The notes beneath the pieces were generated by a model that saw only the letters and a list, made by a program, of their open reading frames with translations, was not told the origin of the DNA and ran no database searches. A stretch of DNA of 54,854 nucleotides, filler included, from Jimgerdemannia flammicorona (lineage: Eukaryota), in assembly GCA_003990765.1 (NCBI GenBank). It is 3 parts of 3 records of this genome, joined end to end, with 100 filler letters (N's around TTAATTAATTAA, not from the genome) between each part and the next. Parts side by side here need not be neighbours in the genome. Positions count along the whole stretch, not along the records: positions 36,638 to 54,854 come from RBNJ01002262.1; 2 more parts are not named here. The stretch is one strand, 5' to 3'. This document shows, piece after piece, positions 39,191-52,000 of the stretch. The position numbers were made by a program, and so were the translations under genes. How positions within the stretch are numbered: the first letter of the stretch is position 1; each line of letters starts with the position of its first letter.

Positions 39191-39292
39191 AAAAAAGGCT
39201 CCGTCTGAAATAACGAATGGTCTTAAAAAAGACCTCGTCTGAAATAACGAATGGTCTTAAAAAAGACCCCGTCTGAAATAACGAATGGCCTT
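39191..39292. repeat. Three tandem 34-bp repeats
   Basis: AAAAAAG(N)3CGTCTGAAATAACGAATGGYCTT x3 with no spacers. Confidence 0.9.
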
Positions 39293-39394
39293 ATCGAGAA
39301 AATTCGGATTCGAAATAATGCTTTTGGAATATGCTGCGAGCATTATTATAAGATGATTGTTGAAATTTGACCAACAATATAAATATTAGCTACT

Positions 39395-40555
39395 TTTTTT
39401 TTTTTTTAATGGACTCATGTCCCGCGGAATTTTATTGGAAGGGAACCTAGACTATATAGGCCAAAAACCTCCTCCACCACCCACCAAGCACTGCCCCCCC
39501 ATTAACCTAGGCTAGCTATTGTCCAGCAGCTCAACCATGCCAGACGCAGCAGGGCCTATGTTGGCCCGCACCTCATTCTGCACACCATGCTCTCCCTACC
39601 ACCAGGGGAAACCCAACCATACGTCAATGACCAAAAGCGCATGCCTGAGAACCCAACATATGTACAAGACCACGCCCGAGCCGAATAGAATAGCCCCTAC
39701 CACCCTAAAGAGAATGACAGGCAAATAAAAAACCCTCATCAAAGTACAACATGGTGGGTAGGGCCTGGTTCTCCCAGTTGAGGTGAGTAAAGGACTTACA
39801 TGTGAGGTGGGAGGAAAACCCCCAATACCCCACTACTCAAGCCTGTGGGCCTTGATCACATTGCCGTGTCAGCTCCCAGTTCTAGTTGAGTGTAGCCAAG
39901 ATGTCTGAAATGGGTAGTCTTGGGCCCCTGACTCCCTGCTGACTGCCAAAAGAAGCCAATAGTGACACCTACCACCTAACCACGCCGCACCAATCAAAAG
40001 GCCCCACCAAAGCAGCACCTGCCCCAGCCCCAATGACCGCCCCCAGCCTGGCACCCTACTGGTTTACCATAATCGCCCTTCTGCCTATCTGTGACGGCCA
40101 TCTCCCCTCCCATCCTGACAACACCCGAAAAGCAGTCACCTATGCCAGAACTACACTCGCTGGGAAGCTCGCTAAAGCCAGAGGGCCCCACCACAGGCAC
40201 CGAAGACCTGCAGGTAACCTACACTGAGCACTTGATGCTCAAGGTCAGCTGACTCCCTATATAGCCTGAGACATACCAAGACAACACCTTGTTGGAGACG
40301 GCAAAAGGAAGAAGGTGCTGCACCAAAACGAGTACACCCCAGATGTAGCCGAAGGCATCAGAATCCGTGAAAAAGTAGAGGAAGCACCAATCTGACACCG
40401 ATAAAGGGGCAACTCATCATCATTGCCCTCCTCCCACCATGCCCCTGTAGGCATAATAAACCAACCCGAGATAGAGGGGGTAATAATAGGGGAAAGAGGA
40501 CTTAGAAGGTCGCCTACCAAACCTTGTGACCGGTAAGGTAGCGGAGAAAGGGTGA
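39395..40555 (-). mobile_element. About 1.2-kb poly(A)-tailed non-autonomous retroposon, copy 2 (younger, CpGs retained)
   Basis: Poly(T) at 39394-39407. TSD AAATATTAGCTACT at 39381-39394 and 40556-40569. Same 5' start CCCTTTCTC as copy 1. Confidence 0.85.
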
Positions 40556-41098
40556 AAATATTAGCTACTATTAAGATATAATTACTTATTGACTATTTAT
40601 AATAATTACTCTACTATTTTTCTTTTAAAGTTATGAAAGTAAAATGCTGCTAATATTTTCTGAAGGTTAACTTTGTTAATATTATCTTATTATAATAATA
40701 TAAAATATTTTTAGTATATATTTAATATAGTAAATTTATAAAATTATTATTATTATTATATATTAATTTTTTTTTTTATTATTTTTTTTTAATAAATTTA
40801 GCTTTAAAATATTATAGAATAAAAAATATATAATTAAAACCTTTAGTTATAATGATAATGATAATAATAAACAAATTATTTTATTTTATTTTATTTTATT
40901 TTTATAATTTTATAATAAATTATTAAATATATAATATTATTAATAATAATATAACTTTAATATATATATATATTACTAATTCTAATAATTTTTAAACTCA
41001 GATAATAAGACTATATTATTTAAAAACTCTTAAACTATCTAAGTATCTCTATTATCTCATTTTATATAATAATAATATATATTATAAATTACTAAAAT

Positions 41099-44000
41099 TA
41101 TAACAATTTTACAATTATATTTAGTTTTAGTACATTTTTGTATCTTTTAGTTAGTCTTTTCTTGTCATTTCTTGAATATTCTACTATGTTCTGCCACCTT
41201 CTACTTACTTAGAAACTTTCTCTTGATACTCAGACACTATTAGAACATTCTTATCTTTTCTTAGTACTAAGTATCTTATCTTAGCTAGTTATGAAACCTT
41301 TCAGAATATTGTAGAACAGTATTAGTCAGCTTTGCTGAGAACCTATTTCTTGGTATTTCTCTTCCTTTCCAAGATCCTTTCAGATCTTTCTTTTAGATTA
41401 TATATAAATATTCTTATTTTTTATCTAAATAAAGCTCAGAATATTTTCTCTCAAAAATCCTTTAAGAATACTTGAACCTTTAAGTATCTCTTTGAGCTAC
41501 TTTAGACCAACTAGAACCTCTAGATTTAGCTGCTTCCTCTTAAAGAAACTAGAACTATTATATTTAGTAGCAGCAGTATTGTTATATCTTACCTTATTAA
41601 GAAACCTCACACAAATTCAGAAACCAGTCACAACTAGTCACACAAATCTGAAATGAGCTGCAAAGAGTCAGTCTATCAGCCAGACCTCTCTGGAGAAGCA
41701 AGAGAACCACAAGCCAATATAGAGGATATGATCAATGCTATGGCCCACTAAATCCAAGAACTTTAAGCATAACTAGAATAGCAGAAAATAAGAACTGTGA
41801 GTATATCATATTCTACGATAGTACTAGTCAGTTTTAAGCCACTTAAATATCTTTAATAGTCATTAAGGAGAACTATCTACAGATGCATAGACCTTCTAGT
41901 TGGACCAATACTTTGAGCTTATAAGAATAGAGGAAGACATATGTATAAGTCCAATTTGCTGCAATACTTCTTTGAGAGAATGCAGCTATTTGATAACACA
42001 ATTACATCATGACTACATCTATATACTCATATATATAAATTAGGAATTGGGAAGTCTTCAAGAGAGTCCTTCACAAGTAGTTCAAGCCTGCTAATATTAT
42101 CAAGCTAGTCAGAGATAAGCTAGCAAACATCAAGTAACTCAAGTCTGTTTAAAGCTATAATATATAATTTCTGTCAATTCTACTTGAACTACCAGTGATA
42201 GCAGAGGACAAAAAGATAGACTACTATGTCTGAGGCCTGAAAGAAAACACACTAGTCAAGGTTGAGCTAGAAGAGCCACAAAGTCTTAATGAAGCTATGA
42301 GGATTGCTGATAGATTTGATGTCATCACCTTTAGTAATCACTTTAAACCAGAATACTATAAGAAGAACCACTTTGAGAACCACCACAAGAACTAACTAAG
42401 AACAGTTGGCCCAGTATCAATGGACTTAAACACCATGAATAAAAAGAACACCAAGCTTACCTCTGAAGAAAAGAACTATCTGAAGAAATCCAAAGTTTGT
42501 TTCTTCTGTTGCCAAATAGAATATATAGCAACCAAATGTTCTAAGAAGACTAGCAAACTCTCAAGACCAGTCACTATGTTGTCCAAGGATACATCTGTCA
42601 ACTCCACCACCAGTCAATCTGAGCTCAAGGTCAAGAAGCTTTATCTGAAGGCCCAGACTCCTCAATATCAAACAGAAGGAGCTATCAGTCTTGACCTACA
42701 CTCAGTCAAATAAGTCACTATTCTAGCCAAGGGCCAAACTCTGGTGCCTACTAGAATTGTAGTTCAATGTCCTAAAGGACATTATGCTAGAATTGTACCA
42801 TGATCAAGACTCAGTATCAAATATTATTTAGATATAGATACTAATATCATTGACTCAGACTTTCAAGGACAAGTTTAAGTTCTGCTTATTAACCAGAAGG
42901 ATCAAGACTATACAGTCAAAGAAGAAGACTGAGTTGCACAAATGATCCTAGAAAAAGCCTGTCAACTCAAGATTACAGAAGTCCAAGAACTCTCTGAAAC
43001 TAAACAAGATCAAAAAGATTTTGGTAGTACTGATCAAGCAGTAAGTCTTAGTGAAAATCGAGCTCAAGCTATACTCATTTTTAAAGACCTAGTCAAAGAA
43101 AAAGAAGTTCAAGTACTTATAGATAACAGAGCTGTAGGAAACTTCATCAATCAGAACCTCATTGAAAGCCTCAAGATCCTTACCAAGCTTGTACCCAAGA
43201 ATAATAATATAGTCACTACAGATAGTACTCTACATCCCATCAAGTCAATTGCCACCAAACTACCCATCAAGATCCAGAAATATTGGAAACAAGTAGACTT
43301 TGAGGTTGCATCACTAGAAGATTATGACCTGATCTTAGGAAAACTCTGGCTTATGAAACACAACTCAGATATTAATTGGTACAAGAATGAAGTCACTTTA
43401 CTTCAAGATGAAGCCAACATTACTATCAAGACAGACAAGACTACAAGTAAGACCCAGATTGCAATACTGTCAGCTATATAGTATAAGAGAGCACTCAAGA
43501 AGGCAATACATATCTTTATTGTAATAGTCTATTCTAAGAAAAAAGACAAGAGACTATCAGTCAATGAAAGCATCAAGTTACTGCTAGAAGAATTCAAGGA
43601 TGTCTTTCCAGACAAGCTACCTGGTCTACTACCTATATATGAAGTTGATCATGAAATTGAACTGACCCCAGGAGCTGTACCATCCAAGAAACATATATAC
43701 TACATATCACTACTTGAAATTGAAGCAGTCAAGAAGGAACTAGAAGAACTACTTATACAAGAAGCCATCCAGCCAAGCAAATCTTCTTATGGCTCACCAG
43801 TCTTATTCATCAAGAAGAAGGATAGTACCCTGTAAATATGCATAGACTATCATGTACTCAACAAACTCACTGTCAAGAACTGCTATCCACTACTCTTGAT
43901 TGATCAAATCTTTGATGCTCTCAAGAATACCAAGTACTTCACCAAGTTGGATCTCATGTCAAGATATCACCAGATTTTAATCAAGCCAGAAGATATTTCC

Positions 44001-47000
44001 AAGACTATATTCATGACTCCCTTTAGACTCTATAAATTCCTGGTCTTAGCATTTGGTCTCACCAATATACCTGCCATATTCCAGACCCTGATGAATAAGA
44101 TATTCAAGGACCAACTATTTATTTTTCTATTAGTATATCTTGATGACATCCTGATCTTTAGTGCAACTAAAGAAGAACACCTCAAACACATTTGAATAGT
44201 CCTAGAGATCCTACGAAAACACAAGCTTTATGCCAAGCTCAAGAAGTGTGAATTTTTCAAGAAATAAGTCAAATACCTTAGCCACATTGTCTCTATACAA
44301 GAAATTCAAGTAGACTTACACAAGATAGAAGCAATTGAAGAATGGCTCATTCTGTTGAACCTCACAGAACTCTGATCCTTCCTTGGTCTAGCTGGCTACT
44401 ACTGCTGCTTTGTTAGAAACTTCTCAGGCATTGCTGAGCTACTGACTAACCTCATAAGGAAGGCCCTACACACAGACTACTATATACCCTATACCTGGGA
44501 TCTCTTCTGTCAACAAGCTTTTCAAGAACTCAAAAACCACCTGATCTATACTCTAGTCCTATATAATGCAGATCAAGGTCTAAAATTCATAGTCACTACT
44601 GATGTATCAAATTTTTCCATTAGAGCAGTTCTGTTACAAGATGATGATAAAAGACATCATCCTATTGCTTTCAAGTCCCACAAGTTGGCTCCAGCTGAAC
44701 AAAAGCTAGCCACTCATGAGAAGAAACTACTGGCAATAATATATGCACTAGACTACTAGCAATACTATCTAGAAGGTATTGAGTTTGATGTTATCACTAA
44801 TTACTAATCCTTCAAGTATATTAATACCCAATCTACTCTGTCATATCTACAAGCCAAGTAGAGCCTCAAACTTCAAACCTTCAACCCAATGATTATCTAC
44901 AAGCCTGGCAAGATACTTGTAATACCAGATATCTTATCAAGATGTCCAGACCTTACCACAATCATGCAGGTCACCTTGGCATCAGAATTCCTAGACCAAA
45001 TCAGACAAGCTTATAAAGAAGATATAGTTGCCACTAGAGTTTTCTCAAATGAGCTCAGGGATATATATACTATTGAGGACAACCTGATCTATTATCAAGA
45101 TCAAGTCTACCTATCTGAAAACATGAACCTATGCTACAAGGTTTTGCAAGAACACCATAACTCACCTCTTGCCAGTTACCTGGGAATTGAGAAGACTATT
45201 AAGAACATTCAATGCCAATACTATTGGCCAAGCATGGTCAAGGAAATTAAGAACTATGTTACCAGCTGGTTTGCTACAACTACTGCCAATTCCCATCAAG
45301 AAATTCAAGCAAGTTACTATGGACTTTATAACTCAACTACCATGAACTCAATCTGGTGCTAATGCTATCATTATATTCATTGACTGCCTGACCAAAACCA
45401 TGGTTGCTGAACCAACCACTACTAATGGTACTATATCTAAGATTGCAAGAATCTTCTTTAAGTCTATCTTCCATCACTATGGTCTACTATGAGTAATTAT
45501 CAGTAATCATAACCCTAAGTTTACCAGTCACTTCTGGCAAACTCTCTTCAAGACCCTGGGAACTCAATTGGCTATGTCTACTGCTTTTTATCTACAAACT
45601 GATAGACAAACTGAGCACATGAACAGAACTCTAGAACAAATGCTTAGAAACTATGTTTCTTATGAGCAAGATGATTGGGACCACTATCTGACTTATGCAG
45701 AGTTTGCATATAACAATGCTGTTCAATCATCTACTGGTCTTTTCTCTTTCTAGTTACTCCATGATCAAGATCCTAAGACTCCTGCAAGTCTATTCCCTTT
45801 TAAGAAAAGCAGTTAAATACAAGTCTCTACTACCAAGAACCTCACAGACAAAATAGACAAACTACTCAAGATTGCCACTATGAATCTTCAGAAGACTCAA
45901 CAGCATTAAGCCAAGTATGCTATAAGAAATGCTATAATATTACTTATACTATTGGAGATCAAGTCCTACTATCTACTGAGAATCTCAAGATATAATCTCA
46001 AGTTAACTGCTCTTTGAACAAGTTCCAATCCAAGTATATTAGATCTTTTGAGATCACTGAATAAGTCTTTGCATCCTCCTACCACCTTAAGCTATCTGAA
46101 ACTATGAGAGTACATTCAGTCTTTTATGTATCATACCTCAAGACCTGGAACTAGTCACCACCCTGCCCTGGTTAAATTTCTAAGCCTTCTGCTCTTGTAA
46201 TTATTGAAGACCATATTAAGTATGAAGCTGAGAAAATTCTTGACAAATGAATCTACTACCACTATCCTAAATACCTAGTCAAGTAGATAGATTATCCTGA
46301 ATATGATACTATCTGGGAACCACTGGTCAATCTCAAGAACTCTCAAGATCTATTTTAAGACTTTAAGACAAAACACATTACTCAATCCCTATAGTGACTT
46401 TCTTGGATTATCAATGACCTACAGTAATGACCAGTGCCTTATATATTGGAAGTTTACTTTGGAACCCTAGAACCAGCAGAACATTTAATGAACAAAAAGT
46501 CCACCAAAATAAAGCTACTAGCTAGATTCAAACCTCTCCTAGTTGATTAGTCTGATAATAAGCCCTCTGCCCTATATAAGGATGGCCAATTCCCACCAAT
46601 ATACCAATATAAGTTTGAGAAATTTTGATTAAGTATATCTAGTCTTGTGTTACCTAAGAACTCAATGAGGATATTGGTTCTTAAGAAGAGAGAAATGTAA
46701 CAATTTCACAGTTATATTTAGTCTTAATACATTTTTACATCTTTTAGTTAGTCTTTTCTTATCATTTCTTAAATATTCTACTATGTTTCACCATCTTCTA
46801 CTTGCTTAGAAACCTTCTCTTGGTATCTAGATACTACTAGAACATTCTTGTCTTTTCTTGGTACTGAGTATCTTGTCTTAGCTAGTCATAGAACCTTTCA
46901 GAACATTGTAGAACAGTATTAGTCAGCTTTACCAAAAATCTATTTCTTGGCATTTCTCTTCCTTTCCAAGATCCTTCTAGATCTTTCTTTCAGATCATAT

Positions 47001-47159
47001 ATAAATATCCTTATTCTCTACCTAAATAAAGCTCAGAATATTTTCTCTCAGAAATTCTTTAAGAATACTTAAACCTTTAAGTATCTCTTCAAGCTACTTT
47101 AGGCCAACTAGAACCTCCAGATTTAGCCACTTCCTCTTAAAGAAACTAGAACTATTATA
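41099..47159 (+). mobile_element. Full-length degenerate Ty3/Gypsy chromovirus: LTR-gag-dUTPase-PR-RT-RNaseH-IN-chromodomain-LTR
   Basis: 464-bp LTRs at 41099-41562 and 46696-47159. TSD AAAAT at 41094-41098 and 47160-47164. PBS-like T(G>A)GTAGCAGC. PPT at 46683-46695. Zinc knuckle CFFC..(H>Y)IATKC, PR LIDNRA(DSGA), RT YLDD, IN QTDRQTEHMNR, chromodomain YEAEKILD..YLVK..WEP at 46221-46368. Confidence 0.95.
42621..43034 (+). pseudogene. dut: dUTPase domain inside the retrotransposon polyprotein
   Basis: All five trimeric dUTPase motifs in order: ISLDL (AGxDL), P*SRL (PRSGL), NIIDSDFQG (GVIDxDYRG), ED*VAQMI (GDRIAQ) and QDQKDFGST (RGxxGFGST). Same frame as the zinc knuckle and protease. Confidence 0.9.
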
Positions 47160-47472
47160 AAAATACTTACTACTTTATTTCTTTATTAAGACTAAAGATC
47201 TATACTTTTCAAACTATTAAGATAACTTACTATTGTTCTAATACTACTAAGTATCTAAACTTTATACTTAAGATCTAAAATACTTTATTAATTATTACTA
47301 TATTATAATATAATAACTTAAAGATAGCTTTATATATTTACTTATATAGCTCTTTAATATAAATATAAATTTAACTATAAACTCTATAATAAAACTCAAG
47401 ATTAAAACTATTAAGATTTTATAATAAAATAATTACTCACTATATATTTTATAAATTATTATATATTTGTAA

Positions 47473-49030
47473 TTTTTTTTTTTTTTTTTTTTATAAGCAC
47501 TAGGTCTCTTTATTAACTAATCTATAAAAAACATATAGTCCTCATATTATACCAATAGCCTCAACCTGATCTTACTTTACTCTATCCTAATATACTCTCT
47601 TTTCCTTACTCTTTTTTCCTTAAAAATAACTAAATCATTAACTATCTCAATCTGATTACTATTTTTTTTTTATAAATTTCTTTCTCTAAATATTTACAGT
47701 GACTCTCTTGAGAGCTTCATTCCCTCTACCAGTCTGATAGAATATTTACCAATAATCCTTTCTACCTTGCTATCTTTTCTCTCAAAGCTATCTATTTCCT
47801 ATCTTTGAATATATATTGCTAATATCTAGTTAACTCTACTTATATTACTAACACCTACTTAACTATGAGCTACTCATTACCAATATAACCCACTAACTAC
47901 TTTTTCAAGATATTTCATCTCTCTCTCTCTCTTCTTACTATTTTGCTACTCTATCTCTATATGATTCTCAACTATTATCCAAAAGTCTCTAAGTATTTTA
48001 TATATACTCTCCTAACCAATATTCTAGTATCTATATAGTCTCTCCCTCTTGTCCAATGTTATAACAATCCTTATGCTCAAAAACACTGTCTTCTACCAAG
48101 TGTCCCAATCTAAAGTTTAGTATAACATTTCTTCTCAAAAGACATTATCACACTATCTAGAACTTTAAAGAAAGCTACTACTATATCTCAATACTCTAGA
48201 ACCAGACCTTAGTCCAGTCTCACATCTCAGCACTTCAGGACCAGATCTCAGTCTAGTTTTACATCTCACTAATACCCATCAACTACCAGTCTACTAACTA
48301 TAAAGCTTATTCTATCTTCTATTAATACTCAATACTAGTACTTATATCAAAGTCTAATACTGAAAAACCACTCAATAAAAGTCTGTCTCACCTCTATATT
48401 ATAGATCTCCATTATATCTCTCTCTTATTATCTTATCAATATATGTAGCCTAATATAGTAAACTCTCTCTATCACCTCTTACTAAAAACCTCTATACTAT
48501 AAGTATCTACTATCTCTTAGTCTAACTATAACCAATAGATCTTCAGAAGATTCTTTAAAAGAAAACTATACCTCTCAGATCTTCTATATCAGAGAGACCT
48601 ACTTTTCACTCTATAACTTAATAGCTCATTTTATCCAATAGACTCAAAGACAATATAATCTCTTTGGAAAATCTACCAGACCTAAATCTTCTCTATTTAT
48701 CAGAGCTGCCAAGATCTCTCAATATATCTGGCTCTATCTCTTAGCCCAAATCCAGTTCTTAGTTATCTTCAATAATCTCTTTACTACTTATATCAAAAAG
48801 TTTAAGTGATATATTAGATATCACAACTTTAGCAATCAGTAGATATTGAGAATCAATATCTATCTAATAAGAGAAATATAATATTCCCTTCAACTCTACA
48901 GTACCTTTTCCCATTTCATCACCTTTCTCTTCTGCCAAACTCTGGGCAGAACTGATCCATATACTGACAAGAAAATATTCAGACATCTTTCTCTAGTAAT
49001 ATTCAGATTATATAATCTTTGGTAATACTT
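47473..49030 (-). mobile_element. Degenerate L1/Tx1-like LINE 3' fragment
   Basis: Poly(T) at about 47473-47492. The minus-strand sequence near 48800-49010 is co-linear with the post-RT region of the plus-strand LINE at about 53410-53600. Confidence 0.65.
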
Positions 49031-49039
49031 ATATGTAAC

Positions 49040-52000
49040 TCAGTTTTTGGAGAATAGAGTATAGCAATATAGCAACCAATATATGTTCTAAGGTACATAC
49101 TGGGCAGAGTGGCCCTAGCACATTCAACTGGTAGTATGTGGAGAGGGACCCTGACTTGGGGGGGAGTATGAGGGGTCTGCTGGCAGAAGGATATAGACAG
49201 AGAGAGAGCAGAGTTGGAGGGTAGGGGATAGAGAGGACAAGTTTCGCAGATGTAGTAAAAGGAGGACAGCTGGCATCAGGGCTGGAGGGCTGGCTAAGAA
49301 AGGGTAAGGAGATAGTAAAGATGACCAGGTATGAGAGAGCAGCCCTTAGTGGTAGAGGCTGTGGAGCTAGGGGAGTAGTGGCTGGAGTGAGTATGATGGC
49401 TGATGACAACAGAACTGTCAATCTGGAAAAAAATCCAGATATAATTGCTGATAGTAGAGCTGAGAGATTGGGGCTTGGACAGATGAGAGACCTGATAGAT
49501 GGTGTAATAGGTCTAATGGTGGCTCCATTACTCAAGAAGTCAATCTCAGAGTTTGTAGTTACTTTGTACTTCAGAGGCTTAGTAATAATAACAAGAATGG
49601 TGCTGGGGCTAATTGCTAAGTAGGTGGCTGGAGCTGTATCTGTGAAGTTCCTGAAGAGATTAGAAAGAGTGGAGGTTGGCTTTGAGGAGGTTGGGCCATT
49701 AGAGGAAGTGCTGAAGGCAGGGCTGACTGTTGGGGAGGTATGTGTTCCAATGACACACTGCTTGAGATGAGACCCCAGAGTGGTATAGTTACTGATGAAA
49801 GAAGTATCTACAGTAACTACTGAGGAGATGAGGAGGAGAGTCAAGAAAGTCATAGCAGAGTATGGAGAGGTAGTTGATGTTGGGTTCTGGGTCTAAGAGA
49901 GGATCTCATTCCAGACTGGAGATGTTGATATTAGGATTTAGTTGATAGGGAAGGAGGCTACCAGGAAGGCTAGGGACTAGTCTTCAGTGATAGTTTGGGG
50001 GACTTTCTTATATAAGGTGATAAGAGTGAAGAGGAGTGAGGAGGAGGAAGAGAATTTGTTGGAGACATTGGAGGAGTTGAGTGGTGCTGTAGAGCAGAGG
50101 ACAAAGGCTTGGAAGATATATATGTACATATCAAGTCAATATATTTGGAAGTGGTGGATGGAAAGAGGATTCATGTGGATAAGGGGCTGTGAGAAAGGTC
50201 TCAAGGATACAAGAGACAGAGAGAGCTGTTGGTGAACCTGGAGAGTAGAGTGAAGAAGAATGCTAGTGATATTGAAATCATGAGGGAAGCCAAGGAGAGT
50301 GTCTGGGCTGGCAAAGATAGAGAAAATGCAGGGAAGGAGCCAGAAGTAGACAAGGAGGCAACTGGGTATAACTCTTATACAGATGGTACTTTTGAGGTCT
50401 GGAAAGACTCCCCAACCTCTACATCTCTTATTAGATGAGGTCTGGCTTCAAGGGGCAGGGTAGTGGAGGATGTACCTATATAGAGAGTCCAGTGATTATA
50501 CTTTGGAGTTCCTGAGGTGGTGAAGAGGGGGTAGGTGGTGACAGCTAGTGAGGATGAACTGGTAGATGTCCAAGAGGAGGAGTAGGATAAGGCTGTGAGT
50601 GCAGAAGCTGATATCTTGATGCTGGATGGAGGGAGGCCAGTAACTCTCAGGAGGAAGGAGATGGGAAATCTTCTGTGGATGTGCAAGATGATGAATAACT
50701 TTGTGGTAAAGGAGCTGAGAGAGGTAGACCTATAAGTGATAAGTGAAGAGTATTAGGCATGTATCCTATGTAGTGAGGGAGTGGTGGAGGCACTGAAGGC
50801 AGAGATTCTTACAGTTTTTCTGGAGAAGAAAGGGTATAAGATTGATAAGGAGAGAGAGGCTGAGCTGGTAGTTACTGCTGGTGAGTGGACTACTTTCTGT
50901 TGGGCAGAGCAGTATGAATTACAGCTCTGGCAAGAGGCCTGTCCAGAATATCATAAGGATTTTAAAAAGAAGGAGAATGGAAAGCTTGTAGAACTTCTGG
51001 TTAGATTAGAGGCTAAGAAGACTGAAGAAGAGGTGGTGGCTACTGAATACAATCTGGACTTAGCTCAGGAGGAGATGAACATAGAGCAGTAGAGGATATA
51101 TTTATTATTTTACATTATTCCTTATGAATAGTATAACCAATATTTTTTCTTTGAATGTGAATAGGCTATGGGATTCATTTTGATGATGGAATATTTTTGC
51201 TTAGCTGAAGAGATTGGAGGCTGATCTTTTTTTTTTTACAGGATATCAGATGTAAGAATGATTTGGATAAACTGAAATGGATAAAGAAATAGAGAGGGGA
51301 GGCAGTTTGGAAGGGCAAGATTGGGATTCTGGTCTGGAGGAGTAGAGGAAAGATATGAGATATACAGAACTAGAAAGACAGGCTGGTTTGGAGAGAGTGG
51401 ATTCACACTAGTCAGGAGTCAGTTATAGTGGAATCCTGCTACTGCCCTGCTATATGGGGTGAGTATATAGAATGAGTGAAGGGTCTCCAGAAGGGAGGGG
51501 CCCTGGCAGAGACTGGAGTGGATGTGCTTAGTGGGGACTTTAATATGGTTAGAGATATATTGTTGGATAAAACTGATGGAGGGTGGGGGGCAGAGGGTAG
51601 GAGTGGAGGTTTGGAGGCATGAGTGGTTGAGTGCTTTGTTGGATACTGGCAGGGGGTTTTGGGGTAATAGGAGGATATATATACATTGGGTGAGTGGTCT
51701 GAGAACAAGGATTGACTGAATCTTGATGGCAGACTACTGGGGTCTGGATGTTTGAAGGTCACTAGAGGCTAAATAGTATTCATAGTCTGATTATTGGGGA
51801 TTACTGAAACAGGGTCATTTTGGGGAGAGTGGGGATGAACTAAAACATTGGTGTCTCAACTTCTCCTTGTTAGATAATAAGGTGCTGTGGGATAGGTGGG
51901 CTGAGGATATTCAGCAGAGAGTGGAGGGGTGGATATAGGAAGGTGCTCCAGTTGGAGTTAGGTAGATGAGGCTGAAAGAGGCTGCTAGGGTCTATTGGAG

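Noticed and set aside
39191..39292. CRISPR-like array or Neisseria DNA-uptake sequence (CCGTCTGAA)
   Set aside because: Units are head-to-tail with no unique spacers, there are no cas genes, and the context is eukaryotic. The uptake-sequence match is partial and probably chance.
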